DNA of 64,000 nt from Owenia fusiformis (Eukaryota). The stretch is from assembly GCA_903813345.2 (NCBI GenBank), contig CAIIXF020000001.1:5580001-5644000 (forward strand), given 5' to 3'. Position 1 is the first letter of the stretch. Each line of letters opens with the position of its first letter. Both the position numbers and the translations under genes were made by a program. The notes below the pieces were generated by a model that was not told the DNA's origin, made no database searches, and saw only the letters and a list, made by a program, of their open reading frames with translations. Shown here in pieces: positions 1-33,451 of the stretch.

Positions 1-2731
1 TAAGTGCCATATTAGGCATCTCATGATGATCATCATTGTCAGAATCTTCATTTTCTGTATTCCTATGCTGATTGTGAAATCTTTTGATTGGTGACTTATG
101 GTGCTGACTATGTAGTGGCTCGTGCCTCTGGACATCAGACGATTTTATGAAAACTTTGTCACAGAATTTACATACATATTTCCTGTGTATGTGTGCCTCC
201 ATATGCTCGTCATATTTATGCTTTGATGGGGTTTTATAAGTACAAGGAATACATTCAAAGTATTTGCTCTTGTCAAGCTTTCCATCTACTTTAATATTCA
301 AATATATGTAATTTTCTTTTTGACTCCCATCAGGATTGTTTTTATTAACATCATCTTCCTTCATGCTTACTGGAGACTCTGACTGCTTTTCATTATTTTG
401 TTCAGATTTGTCCACAGGTTGGCTCATTTTGTCATCATTTTCTACAGAATCAAGTTGCTGATTTGATTGTTCACCAATATCATCAATAGTTGCATTACTG
501 ACACTTGCACTGCACTCTGCCACAGTGTTTTGTGCTTCAGGGGTTTCATCCATCAGTAGATCATCTGCCTCATTTAAATTGCTAGGAACTGAAGGATCCT
601 TAGCATTAGATTCTCCATTTATAGACTTAGAATCAGTTTTGTGAATAATATTATTGTCGTCATGCTCATTTGAAACTCCATCATTTTCTGTAGGTTTACT
701 ACTCTCATGTTCATATTCATGGTTTCCTTGTGTTTGATCTTTGTGGAGATTACACTCATTGTTATCTTTTGTCCCCGTGGGGTGATGAACTCCATCAATG
801 TCATTGTTTATACTGTCACTAACAGTGGTCTTGGGTTTGTTATCCGGTATGTGCTTTTTAATTGCATTAGGGGAGGTGTCCAGATGTGATGGCGAGGGCG
901 CATACATTTTGGTTGGGTTTTCAGTAGAACTATCAAATTCAATTACATTGTTTCCAATCTTATGTGTTTTATCAACTTGTGAATAGGTACATGTGTCAAC
1001 TGAGTTCTCAATGGTTTGGTGTGAGTTGACTTGTTCTGAATTTTCACTTTGAAATACTTCCACCGGTTTGCCAGTTGATGGTTGAGGAGTGTTTGTATCA
1101 GATAGAGTTTGTACAACATCTGGAAGTAATAGTGGTGGCCATATACCAGTTGAACTTCTCTCTGAAGATTCATGACATGGATTTCCTTGACATTCTGATT
1201 CTTTATTACTCATCAGAGTCTCCGTTGCACTGTCCTTTGGATAAGAAACTGGAATTCCTTGTTTTAATGGAGGGGGCTTTGGAAGCCTTGAATTGATATT
1301 ATTGCCATTCAAGATACCATGAAGTGGATCAAATGCTTTCCGAAGTTCATGATTTTGAGGATACTGATGTGGTCTGGATAAGGGATAGGGTCTGATGTCC
1401 ATACCCTGGGGCACTGACCTCAAAAATTGCTGCGGAGGAAGTTTTCGATGTATTTCTTCTGCTGACAGTCTTCTCATGGAAGAAACCATGTGTGGCATTC
1501 CATGAATTGTGAAATTGGGATCTAACATGTGTTCAGACTCAAGCATGTTTCTTTGAATAGAATTCTGATGTTCCTGTTGAATTTGAAAACCCATGTTCTG
1601 ATTCAACTCCAACTGTTGTTCATTCACTTGTTGTACCTGTTCATGAGGACTGTATGACCCAGTTGACTCTCTTAGTTCAGCCATCCTCCTCCTGGTGTTC
1701 TTTTCAAGTTCGTTAATGACATTCATTGGACTTCTTTGTGGAGTTTCTCTGTTGAGTACTTGTGGGAACCCTTGGGGATAATGAGGGGGCATCATTTCTG
1801 GGGAAAGAGGCATCATTTGAGGAGATGGCAACATGGGAACTTGTTGGTGTAGACTGGTTTGCAGATGAGGGGGAAGACCAGGCATTCGCATATGGGAAGC
1901 AGGAGTGTTCATATACACTACACCTGGGGGTGAAAGCAAAGGCCTTTGATTAGAGCAATGTTCTATCCCCATATGGGGCCCCAGCATATCGGGCAAGCCT
2001 TGTGAAAGCATTTGTGGTGGAGGTGGGCCTCTTTGTTGAAAATGTTGTCCTGCATGTTGATTGAATAGATGTTGACCATTTTGATGAAACCCAGGATCTG
2101 TTTGCGGCATATGTCCATACATTGTCCCTGGTGGAAGATCAATAGCGGAATAATCTTCCTCCATATTTAGATCTACACTGAAAATATAAAATATTATTTT
2201 CAGGAAAAGATGCATTGAACCAAGTCTGTTTTTCTTATCTCAAAAAGTAAGTATGTAAGCCAGGACATACTGTGAGTATACATATTCAATTAATCAGATG
2301 AGAGGAAAATAAACTGAATGTAAAATATGGTAATTCATTTTGATTTCTTCTTCTTCATCCTTTTAAGTGTCACAGAAACTTGTAGCCCTATGATATAAGA
2401 TACTTATGTCATATCTGAGTATTTATTATTATATATATTAATAAGGACAAGAGTGCTTCACCATTTCCGGAAACTGGTATTTTTAAAAAAGTGAATTAGT
2501 GTTCAGAATTCAATCATTAGGTCTCATTTTGAAGATGAATTATTCATCTGCAACACACATGTCATTATATTACTTGTAGATACCCTGCAAATACAATTTT
2601 TTGTCATATCTGTTACCAATACCTTCACGACCAAAAAACAACAAACCCAATTTTCACATTTTACCTTACCGATTGAAATCCCTCAATCTTTCGTTAATTG
2701 ACCTCTGGTTTGCTCCAGGTGTTGAACACAT
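1..2731 (-). CDS. C2H2 zinc-finger protein, 3'-incomplete (putative exon 1 2731-2670; long exon 2 from 2177 to beyond the window edge)
   Basis: Manual translation: acceptor tttatattttcAG at 2178-2179. The frame is open wherever checked (P/Q/H-rich N-terminus) and reaches CIPCTYKTPSKHKYDEHMEAH and CKFCDKVFIKSSDVQRHEPLH at ~110-255. The upstream exon MCSTPGANQRSINERLRDFN ends in GTAAGG in matching phase 2. Probably missed by the ORF track because no stop lies in the window. Confidence 0.8.
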
Positions 2732-2994
2732 ACATACTCAATGTTATACCAATTGTCCAATTGTACTCTTATACTTTAAAATAGTGTAAAGGCTTACTAA
2801 TTTGAAAAATTAACTATTCTCTGCTGCCATCTTGAAATAATAACATTGTAAACTTGACCATTCTGACCTTTCATAATTTATCTTTTAAAATGGCAAAATA
2901 ACATATTTTTACAGGTGGTGCAGCATGAGCATCCCTTCACATCTGTAATAAGTCAGTGAACTAGATTTGGGGAGAAGTCGCTAAAAAGGTGAGT

Positions 2995-3575
2995 TTTGGA
3001 TATTTGACTAAATGTCATTGTGTTTTGATTCTGAAGCATGGGTATCAGAAACACCAATAATTCATTATTTATGATGTCTAAATGTTATGCAGTGACATTT
3101 ATCTTACAGATGAAAGATTTTTCTTCAAAGTGAGACCCTAGATCTAATTTTAAAATTCTAGTCTACGTTTCTTCTCTTGGCTGGGAAATTGGGATTTGCC
3201 ATAGTACATCGTTTCTATAGGTCGATTTCTCCCCAAAGATCCTTGTTTCAGCGCTTAATCGCTTGTTTTATATGACAAAATCATATAATTATATCGTATC
3301 CACGTATCAACGCTAGTTTTTCTTCAGATAAGCCCTCCAATCGATGAAAATTGACATAATAGTGAAGAAGTTTTGTTCAAAACTGACATGCAGTACTGTT
3401 GACCTAGAAAATCTACACATTTTCAAAATTTTCTAAATATGCTTTGAATAATATTATGTAATTTCTGGCGAGGGAATCAAAAATATCATAGCTTGTGATT
3501 TCACAACAAGATAAATGAACATGTAAGATATTTGGTTTTATCGATTAAATCATCACATTGACATTTGGTATTCGT
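2995..3575. mobile_element. degenerate foldback/MITE-like inverted repeat
   Basis: aaatgtcattgtgttttgatt near 3010 mirrors aatcatcacattgacattt near 3550; inner arms also partly match; ends unclear. Confidence 0.35.
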
Positions 3576-4513
3576 AAACTAGATGGTGAAAATAGAGACA
3601 ATAGTAAACTTCCCAGGAATTTAACATCTGCATAAGCAACGACTGCACAGAACGAATGCTAGGAGATCGCTGTCAGGCAAGATAGTTATACGAGTCTTCT
3701 GCGTTTTTTCAGTGCACTTTATTATTTATACTTTTATTCAATATTCACGGCCGATTTCTGGGAACAGTGATTTGTTTTTCGGTGTGTAAACGCAATTATT
3801 GGATTTTTTCCCAATTTTTGTCGTTGAACTTGAATAAAGATATAGATCATGATTTGGGCTTGCATTTAACTGCATACCGACTGTGATTCTGACCACTAAA
3901 TTCATATCTTTACAACCAATTTCCGAAATTTTGGAGCGCTCCACTCCTTTTATATAGGGATAAGTCAGAGAGTCAACATTCATCATATACCATATAAGGA
4001 GCTCCAAGTTCCTGTGATAACTAACTGTGTGACATTACCGACAGTAATGGCACTATAATACTGTCTCTCGACACCCGGAAGTGGCTTCCTATCGAATTTC
4101 CCCATGTTGTAAAAATCAAAATATATCATATGGGTTCAATCGAATGATCGAACTCATAATATTATACTAAATGCAAAAAATGCAGCGGAGGGGTTATAAC
4201 GCATATTAATATGCAGATAAATTAGAGATACCAACCTCAACAAAGCTCACAACGAGCGTTTTATATAGAGCAATTTGGACAAGGTCTGGATTTTAGGATC
4301 CATTTTGAAAAGTCCCGGATAATGAAAACAACTTTTTATCTATAAGCTTTCAAAGTTAGTTTTGTACCTATTTTACTGTATAAATCTACCTCAAATAATA
4401 CATGCATTAAGAGAGATAAAATATCCATCCCTTGTTTAATATTGTAGCGCTACTCTATGCCCATAAGTATAATGTATTCCTCCTAAACGGTGGCAATGAA
4501 TCACACAGCTCAC

Positions 4514-4539
4514 GCGCATGCGCACTTCCATTTTTGAAT
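4514..4539 (+). promoter_or_regulatory. kinesin-13 proximal promoter: NRF1-type GCGCATGCGC plus CHR-like TTTGAA
   Basis: GCGCATGCGC at 4514-4523 and TTTGAAT at 4533-4539, ~80-100 bp upstream of the ATG at 4616. Confidence 0.45.
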
Positions 4540-4615
4540 TTTTCAACCGACAACAAAAACTTGACAGAAATTAAAGTTTTCACTACTTTTTCGTTGATGT
4601 AAGAATATTTTAACG

Positions 4616-25184
<20,569 letters not shown>

Positions 25185-26925
25185 TAACACACAAGACTTT
25201 GTGGAGAAAAGGAGAAATGTAATACACAATTGACATGCAAGCATTACCAAACAACATTGCTAAGAAGAACTAGCACAAATAACCAACTTGGAAGGAAAAC
25301 TTATTTTGAAGATTCAGGATTAGCCTATTTTTACTCATTTGAATATGCCATAATCGATTGTAAGAAATCTATTAAGACAAATGCGTAAAGATGGTTCCCA
25401 TTTTAGAAATTGTGTCCTTATATTAAGGATGTGAGAGAACTGTTGACAATATCCTTAAGGTGTTTTTTTGCGGAAGGTCACAAGGGGAATACAAGTCTTC
25501 AATATGCACCTGAAAAGTTCATATGTATTTGGAGACCCCTCCCTCCCTCTATTTCTTAATTTACATTTGCATTATACTTATACATGTACTTTGCAGTTTA
25601 AGACTGAGCATATTTATCTGAACTTTTGTAAACATTATTTTAACGGAAACCTACATTCTATCCAAACATATACATGTAGATATAGGGAACATCTGGGAGG
25701 TGCTGACTTAAATATTTTTATTTCACGAAAGAAATTTCATGAAATGTCAATTGTAATATTAATGTTATTCAATTAAAATGGGGACTTTAAGTTTCCTTAG
25801 ATTTATAGAACAGAAAATTATTGGGATTTTTTCTAAATACATATAATTTTTTAAGTAAAATGTGATAGATTTTGGTATATTCCAGACTTCTTACTGTTTT
25901 AATGATTAACTTTGTTCAAATTCTGATTTTCAATAGTTCAAAAAATTCTTGATGTGTAACGAAGTAATGTTCTAGGCTGTTGATTTCAGGCTTTCAATAT
26001 GTGACTGAGATTATGAGATTTTACTAGTAATTTGAATGAAAAGCTGCAGTACTGTTTATATTGTGTAGAATACCTGTATATTACCAATGATGTTTGTTTA
26101 ATGTTTGACCACCAAGGTCAGGGGTCAATTTTTGTATATATACAACTTCATAAAACTTTATAAAATCCTAACTGAGACTAGAGTTAGGAATTTGTTAGAT
26201 TTGACTGTACCAAAAATGGACCCCTTGATATCTTGCAATTATTAGCTCACATCAAGCACACTGTGCTCTTTTGTTTATTAGTTGCGCTTTGTCCATGCAT
26301 AAACTATTTATTAAGGTTTCAAAATCTGGCATGTATATATATATATATCATGAACATTTCATATTAAATATTGTATATAATGTATGATTTTGTGTGATGG
26401 CTTGCTGTGTCAAGCGTGGCTTTGTAATGAAACAGTAAAGTGTTACAGGGTCGAATATTGTATTCTATATAACATCATATTTGTGAGATTCTTATAATGT
26501 GATAACATGGAAATTCACCTTTGTGCTCCATTATTTTGGCAAGACCTGAGAATTTAGATATTTCTCAACTTCTTGAATGACACTAAGAGTAATTACATGA
26601 ATTACCTATTATGAAAAGAGACTTAAAAGTAAATTGGTTATGTCCAGGACCATAGTAGTATATTATTTTCTTACATATTAGTGACTTGCCTTACAGAAAG
26701 ACACTGCCAAGGTAAAGTAACTTGAAATTAAATGAGGGACATACCATATTGCCAATGGAACTAGTATAACTAAGTTATTTTAATTTATATTTTGATATGT
26801 CACATCATGCTTTAAACAAACAATGCTTAACTAGTCCTTGTTTCCACCAATTCCCTTATTCATATAGCAGAGAGTTAGACTTCCAATTGCAAACTAATAT
26901 TAAGCAATGTATTGCTGCACTTTGG

Positions 26926-28223
26926 AGCAACACATTGCATACATTGAAGCAACACACTGCATACATTGAAGCAACACATTGCATACATTGAAGCAACACA
27001 TTGCATACATTGAAGCAACACTTTGCATACATTTGAGCAACACATTGCATATGTTGAAGCAACACATTGCATACATTGAAGCAACACATTGCGTACATTG
27101 AAGCAACACATTGCGTACATTGAAGCAACACATTGCTTACATTGAAGCAACACATTGCGTACATTGAAGCAACACATTGCATACATTGAAGCAACACATT
27201 GCGTACATTGAAGCAACACATTGCATACATTGAAGCAACACATTGCATACATTGAAGCAACACATTGCATATGTTGAAGCAACACATTGCATACATTGAA
27301 GCAACACATTGCATATGTTGAAGCAACACATTGCATACATTGAAGCAACACATTGCATACATTGAAGCAACATATTGCATATGTTGAAGCAACACATTGC
27401 ATACATTGACGCAACACATTGCATACATTGAAGCAACACATTGCATACATTGAAGCAACACATTGCATACATTGAAGCAACACATTGCATTTGTTGAAGC
27501 AACACATTGCATACATTGAAGCAACACATTGAATACATTGAAGCAACATATTGCATATGTTGAAGCAACACATTGCATACATTGAAGCAACACATTGCAT
27601 ATGTTGAAGCAACACATTGCATACATTGAAGCAACACATTGCATACATTGAAGCAACACATTGCATATGTTGAAGCAACACATTGCATACATTGACGCAA
27701 CACATTGCATACATTGAAGCAACACATTGCATACATTGAAGCAACACATTGCATATGTTGAAGCAACACATTGCATACATTGAAGCAACACATTGCATAT
27801 GTTGAAGCAACACATTGCATACATTGAAGCAACACATTGCATACATTGAAGCAACACATTGCATACGTTGAAGCAACACATTGCATACATTGAAGCAACA
27901 CATTGCATACATTGAAGCAACACATTGCATACATTGAAGCAACACATTGCATATGTTGAAGCAACACATTGCATACATTGAAGCAACACATTGAATACAT
28001 TGAAGCAACACATTGCATACATTGAAGCAACACATTGCATACATTGTAGCAACACATTGCATACATTGACGCAACACATTGCATACATTGACGCAACCTA
28101 TTGCATACATTGAAGCAACACATTGTATACATTGAAGCAACGCGTTGCATACATTGAAGCAACACGTTGCATACATTGAACCAACACGTTGCATACATTG
28201 AAGCAACACATTGCATATATTGA
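26926..28223. repeat. 22-bp minisatellite, ~59 copies
   Basis: (gcaacacattgcatacattgaa)n with recurrent variants; explains the 22-aa periodic Cys-rich ORFs in all three minus-strand frames. Confidence 0.97.
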
Positions 28224-29527
28224 GTCAAAATAGGTAGTGGGAATTTTGCATCCATATGAGAGAAATTTCTGGGGCGAACAATGTAAACCTTTGTAGCAGT
28301 AGTGGTGTTATTTTATAATTATAGTGCCAACATTTCACAAAAATCCATAAATGTAACTATTTTTTTTTATTTAGATATTCATCATTCATTTCGAAATACT
28401 TGAAATCCAGAGGGTATGTTCGAACTCTGATCCAGAACGTGGGTTCATTAGACCTATGGTTTATAAATGAATGCTTTAAATCTGGGTCTAGAGCATTATG
28501 TTTCAGACCTGAGTCAGAGATGCATATATTTAGAATATGGTTTGACAGACACAGGCTCAGAACATATATGTTCACATATACTTGTATACTAATCTTTACA
28601 ACATGTACAAAGGAATTCCTGATCCGGTTCACCATTGAGCAGGAAATGCACAAAGAATGATTACTAGTAATTTGTTTAATATTGATAAATTGTACACTTT
28701 GTAAATACTATTTTATACACAGAAGAGAACTTTTCATTTTTATGTCTCAAGATTTATAAGCTGAATGTATTCAACTTTTGAAACATGGACCTAAGAATTC
28801 AGTTTGCTGATGTTATGTGCTGATACACGCATATCAAATAAATCTTATCAAAACAAATTAATTGGCATTTTATGTTGTTCCACTGTTCCACCATCATCTA
28901 TTTGAATTTGATCCATAATATAAAAGTTGATCTTCACCTCAGGCCACCAAGGGTCTCAGCAGCCTCAAATGCCTTAAAACGCCAAACACCTAGATATTCA
29001 CTTTGGAATGACCCCTGATCTTCGTAGAATACCCATTGACCTGTTGACCCATTTAGCACAGTATCAAGTATAATGACCCAAGGTTGAGCGGTGTAGGAAA
29101 TGTCCGGACAGATAGACATCTGTCAATCGTAGGATTTTATCCAGAAATTATTATCCCACTGAATAAAGTCCAATACTGTAGGGATATTAGTGAGATGCTA
29201 TTGGTTCATTTCGTCTGTTCATCCATTTGTGTGTCCAGGCCATAACATACACCAGTGGGACCTCTATTGACGTATTGCGTGGTTTAATGCGAGCAAATAA
29301 TGTTATAAATGTGCACGAAAATAACTTTAGAGTCGCCCTACCCCCGGGCGGGCCCTACCATTTTGTATTCGTTGACATCGCTTCTTAAAATATACCTTGG
29401 TAGTTTGTAACTAGACTCTGTGCGCACTGCGCAGGGTAGGGTTGCCCCATTTGTCCAAATCCCAATCGTCCAAATCCGCCGCCGAGAAACGCTTAATCTA
29501 ATTGTCAAGATACATGAGATAACGATG

Positions 29528-30142
29528 CAAGAAATGTGTAAACATTGAATAAAATATCTCGTTGATCTGTGGTTATTGAAATCCCCGTTAGCACGCCCGG
29601 TGATCGTACAAAAATGATGGAGGGGGATTACGCGATTTCTGGAAGAAAACTCGACAAATTGGGGAGATTTATTTTTTCAAGAGAAAATTTACAACTGAAT
29701 TGTCAAATGAATAGGCGCGGTCCTTTTTAAAATATTAAGATTATTCAATCTCCGATCCCTAGCTGAATTATAGATGCATTAATGGCCTGTGTATTCTGTA
29801 TGTCTTATGTATCTAACAACTTGTCAAAATTGTGAAATTGAAATGCTCGTTCAATACAGCAATCGGTACAATAAAATCACTTTTTTATTTGCTGGTTAAT
29901 TCAAGGAAGTCGTCTAAAAGCTGTCACTATATTTTCACATTCAGAACACATCTTTGTCTTTATGGATTTACTTCTCTCCCAATTATTCAGTTTAGAACCA
30001 GATAACTAATCATCATCAAGAAATGTGTAAACATTGAATAAAATATCTCGTTGATGTGACTGTGGTTATTGAAACTCCCGTTAGCACGCCCGGTGATCGT
30101 ACAAAAATGATGGAGGGGGATAACGCGATTTCTGGAAGAAAA
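29528..30142 (+). repeat. ~125-bp direct repeat pair (29528-29650, 30017-30142) plus a partial third copy near 31305
   Basis: caagaaatgtgtaaacattgaataaaatatctcgttgat...gcacgcccggtgatcgtacaaaaatgatggagggggat is repeated. Confidence 0.8.
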
Positions 30143-31449
30143 GGAAGATAACTAATCATCATCAACGACCACAGTAACACTGTCGTGTGATGGGCTGAAT
30201 TTACAATCCCTGAGACTAATCGTTACCCATGCTTTGATTAAATAAAATGAAACTGAATAACATTTAGCAAATCCCTGTATTTAAAACTAAATTAAAAAAT
30301 TTAACCCTTAAATGTCTGTACCACGACCCACTTACCCACACGTGGTACGAGGTTTTTATACTTTGTACCAGAGAACCATGTGCATGTACAGCAACTTCAA
30401 AAATGTTTTTTCTTCCACCATCACCTAACACATCCCTCATCTACACGCGTGATCTAGTGAGCTCAATACGTTATGCATGATCATGCATTCCGGTGTAACA
30501 CGTGGTCTTTGATTGAATTTCTCCAACTGGAGAAATAGTTCATTTGAAGATATTACGAACGGCATTGACCTGCTCAGTTCATGTAGAACTAAAATACCTG
30601 AACCTGACAAGTTAACTCGGTTCCATTTATTGAGTTTTTAAAGTTATGACAACTTTTCTAGTTTTTTCACGGTTTTGCGAATGTGAACAAAAGAGGTTGG
30701 GTCGCTGAGGCTTTAATAACCACTCTATCCACAAGTATACGATTAGTACCTATAGAAAGTAAAATCAATTCCCTAGAGACTGGGCGCTGTCGCATGGCAC
30801 CCAAAACTAGCTGTGGAACACTAGCTCCATTTCCGAGGGCAAGGTTAAAAGTGCAGATCTTAACTGTTTTTCGAAATACCCAAATCCAATTTCAACGATC
30901 CTTACAAGCACATCTTTCACGCCTCGCGCGCGGGCTCGCAGTACTCGACTCACACACGCTTCTTAGACATTAAAATATCAAAAAAGTTCAAAAAAGACTT
31001 TGCAGCGTGAAACGTAGCCTAACACACAACGTAAACGCAGCGTCAACGTAACGTAGGCGTCATGTCACTCACAGACTAGGCTTTATGATGTCATTTTTGT
31101 CAGGTTTATTTCTTGCCCATACAAAATTTTCTTTTTTCATTTATTTCAACATTTTAAGATCATATAGCCCGGACAGAATTGTTCAAGGGTCACCTTTTCT
31201 TTAGTTAATTTTCCGTCTTACCAAAAAAAAAACGATTGCATTTTTGAAAACTAGAGTAAAATTCTGAATAGATGTTCATAGTAATATGAGTGGCGCAAAT
31301 ACATCACGCCCGGTGATTGGAAAAATGGAACGGAGGGGGGGGGGGAGGAGGGAATTTAAACTGCAAGAGAATTTAACAAATCTGGAAGATTTATTTTTTT
31401 CAAGACAAGTTTACTACTATAGGCGCATGGTATTGTAATAATAAGTTAT

Positions 31450-32037
31450 TTTTTGAACCAGAGTATATCAGAGTTCTGTTTTGACCTCCAAACAGGATGA
31501 CCAGGATCACATGAAAGCTTACATGATCAGAATGACTCTAAACATGATGAAATAACTTTTCAGCCCTCTGAAAAATCAAAGGTCACTGAACACTAGAATC
31601 TTTTGAATTTTTCAGAAAAGGTGCTCAATATATTGCTCTAAATGATACAATCTTTGAAATTTGAGAAAATTGTAATTGTCTGAAACAAAAATGGCGGTCA
31701 TAAAAAGGAAAACAGGTCGCTTTTTAATTCATTTTTTTTCTTTTTCAACGAATGATATCAAATTTTCAAAGATTGTATAATTTAGAACAATATATTTTGC
31801 AAATTTGCAGAAAAATTCAAAAGATTCTGTTCAGTGAGCTCTCCTAAGCTCCTACTTTTAGCTATTTTTCAGTCACATTTCAGTCAGAGGTCTGAAAACT
31901 TTTCAGCCCTATTTTTCATCAAGGGTCATATTCTGACCATCGCCATTGTGATCCTGGTCATGTAAATGATATTTGGAACTAAATTAGTTCAATTGACTGG
32001 AGGTCAAAACAGAACTTTGATATCTTGGTTCAAAAAT
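31450..32037. mobile_element. foldback MITE
   Basis: tttttgaacca...gttctgttttgacctcca mirrors tggaggtcaaaacagaac...tggttcaaaaa; inner arms match. Confidence 0.7.
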
Positions 32038-32177
32038 GGTATGGTTTGGTCAGGTTACCTGTTTTGTCATTTCCATTTACCATCATGGTACCTTGAAGCA
32101 CACTATTTTTCATTTGTTTTCTAAATCAGGTTGATTAATTAAATGGGTGGTTGTGTTCATGAATTATTTATCCAAAA

Positions 32178-32517
32178 ATAAGTCCAGGGTGCATTTTCGG
32201 AATTTTTCTGCATTCCTCAAAAGATTGAGTCACATGTTATTTTTCAAACAGGAATCACTCCTTTCCCACATTGTCAACATCTTTCAGTTTTGCACAAAGG
32301 GTGCACTTATGTGCCTAGAAAAGAAGACTGGTGAGAAGATTTGTTTTGTAAAATGAATTCACTGAATTTTCTTTATTCTTTTCTAGGTACATTAGTGCAC
32401 TCGTTGTGCAAAAGTGAGAAATGTAGACACTGTGGGGAAGGAGTGATTCAAATTTGAAAAATCATGTGACCCTATTGAGGGTTGCAGCAAAATTCCGAAC
32501 ATGCACCCTGACCTTAG
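32178..32517. mobile_element. foldback MITE (half copy also at ~33955-34100)
   Basis: cagggtgcattttcggaatt mirrors aattccgaacatgcaccctg. Confidence 0.7.
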
Positions 32518-33165
32518 TTCAGCAAGTTAAACCTAAGAATTCTGGGCCTTATTTCTTATCTGACATATCTTGTGGCCCGCCCTAGGTTGAACGCCCCGTG
32601 CCTATTCGGCCGCTTTGATGCAAAAAAATTAATGGTGGCCTATGTCAGCGCATAGAATCAATGCGCGTTTAAGTGATAACTGATTGTGAGAATTTGCTAC
32701 CATTGAAAGCAAAGCACGGAAGTTAAACCCTATCACGGCAACAAGAACATTCAGATTAATAAATGAAAGCCGTGGTAGTTGGGTTTAACTTGTTGAATTA
32801 CCCTGACCTAAGTGGACAACCCGTAGTAATTTTGTTATAGCAAGCTAGATAAGTCTCTTCCGAACACTGTGTTATGTAGTTCAACAAGTTAAACCTAGTC
32901 TGGGCCTTATTTCTTATCCCGGGTTTCTTATATGACATATCTTGTGGCCCGCCCTAGGTTTAACGTCCGTATCTATTCGGCCCTTGATGCAAAATATTTA
33001 ATAATGGACAATGCAATGGCAGCGCATTAAAATCCATGCGCGTTTAATTAATAACTGATCGTGAGAATTTGCAACAGATGAAAGCATAGCACGGAAGTTC
33101 AACCCAATCACGGCAACAAGAACATTCATATTAATAAATGAAAGCCGTGGTATTGGGTTTAACTA
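32516..33165. mobile_element. two neighbouring ~280-bp copies of one MITE, upstream of GNL2
   Basis: 32516-32800 and 32877-33165 share sequence; TIR tagttca(g/a)caagttaaacc / ggtttaacttgttgaatta. Confidence 0.7.
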
Positions 33166-33381
33166 TGTGGTATGTTGCACTAGGTCTGGATACTAACCGT
33201 TAATAAGATATGCGGGCAAAGGAAAGGAATTTCTACTGCATTACCTTCGCCCTGTCCCAATTTAATTTGGGGCGATTCACAACTCTTCACACTGCAACAC
33301 GTTTTCCGGTTTAGCTAAAAATACTTTATCGAAGGAAATAAACAACTAAAACAAGAATCCACGGGCCATAGAATAGCAAAC

Positions 33382-33451
33382 ATGGTGAAAGCAAAGATAC
33401 GTAGTAAGAAGAAGGACTATGTGAACAAGGCGAATCATAGTATGAACCCTG
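33382..33451 (+). CDS. GNL2: GNL2 exon 1
   Basis: [23 protein letters not shown], donor GTAAGT. Confidence 0.9.

Noticed and set aside
26926-28223. CRISPR-like array
   Set aside because: Units are head-to-tail with no unique spacers, there are no cas genes, and the context is eukaryotic
26856-28255. Long Cys-rich ORFs (410, 444 and 372 aa) resembling metallothionein or keratin-associated proteins
   Set aside because: All three minus-strand frames give the same 22-aa permutation because a 22-nt unit lacks antisense stops; there is no unique N- or C-terminal domain
28934-29150. Coding-looking stretch on the minus strand
   Set aside because: Short, with no recognisable motif and no clear splice signals
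30301-31190. TTAA-CCCTT start suggesting a piggyBac MITE
   Set aside because: No convincing matching right TIR with TTAA could be found
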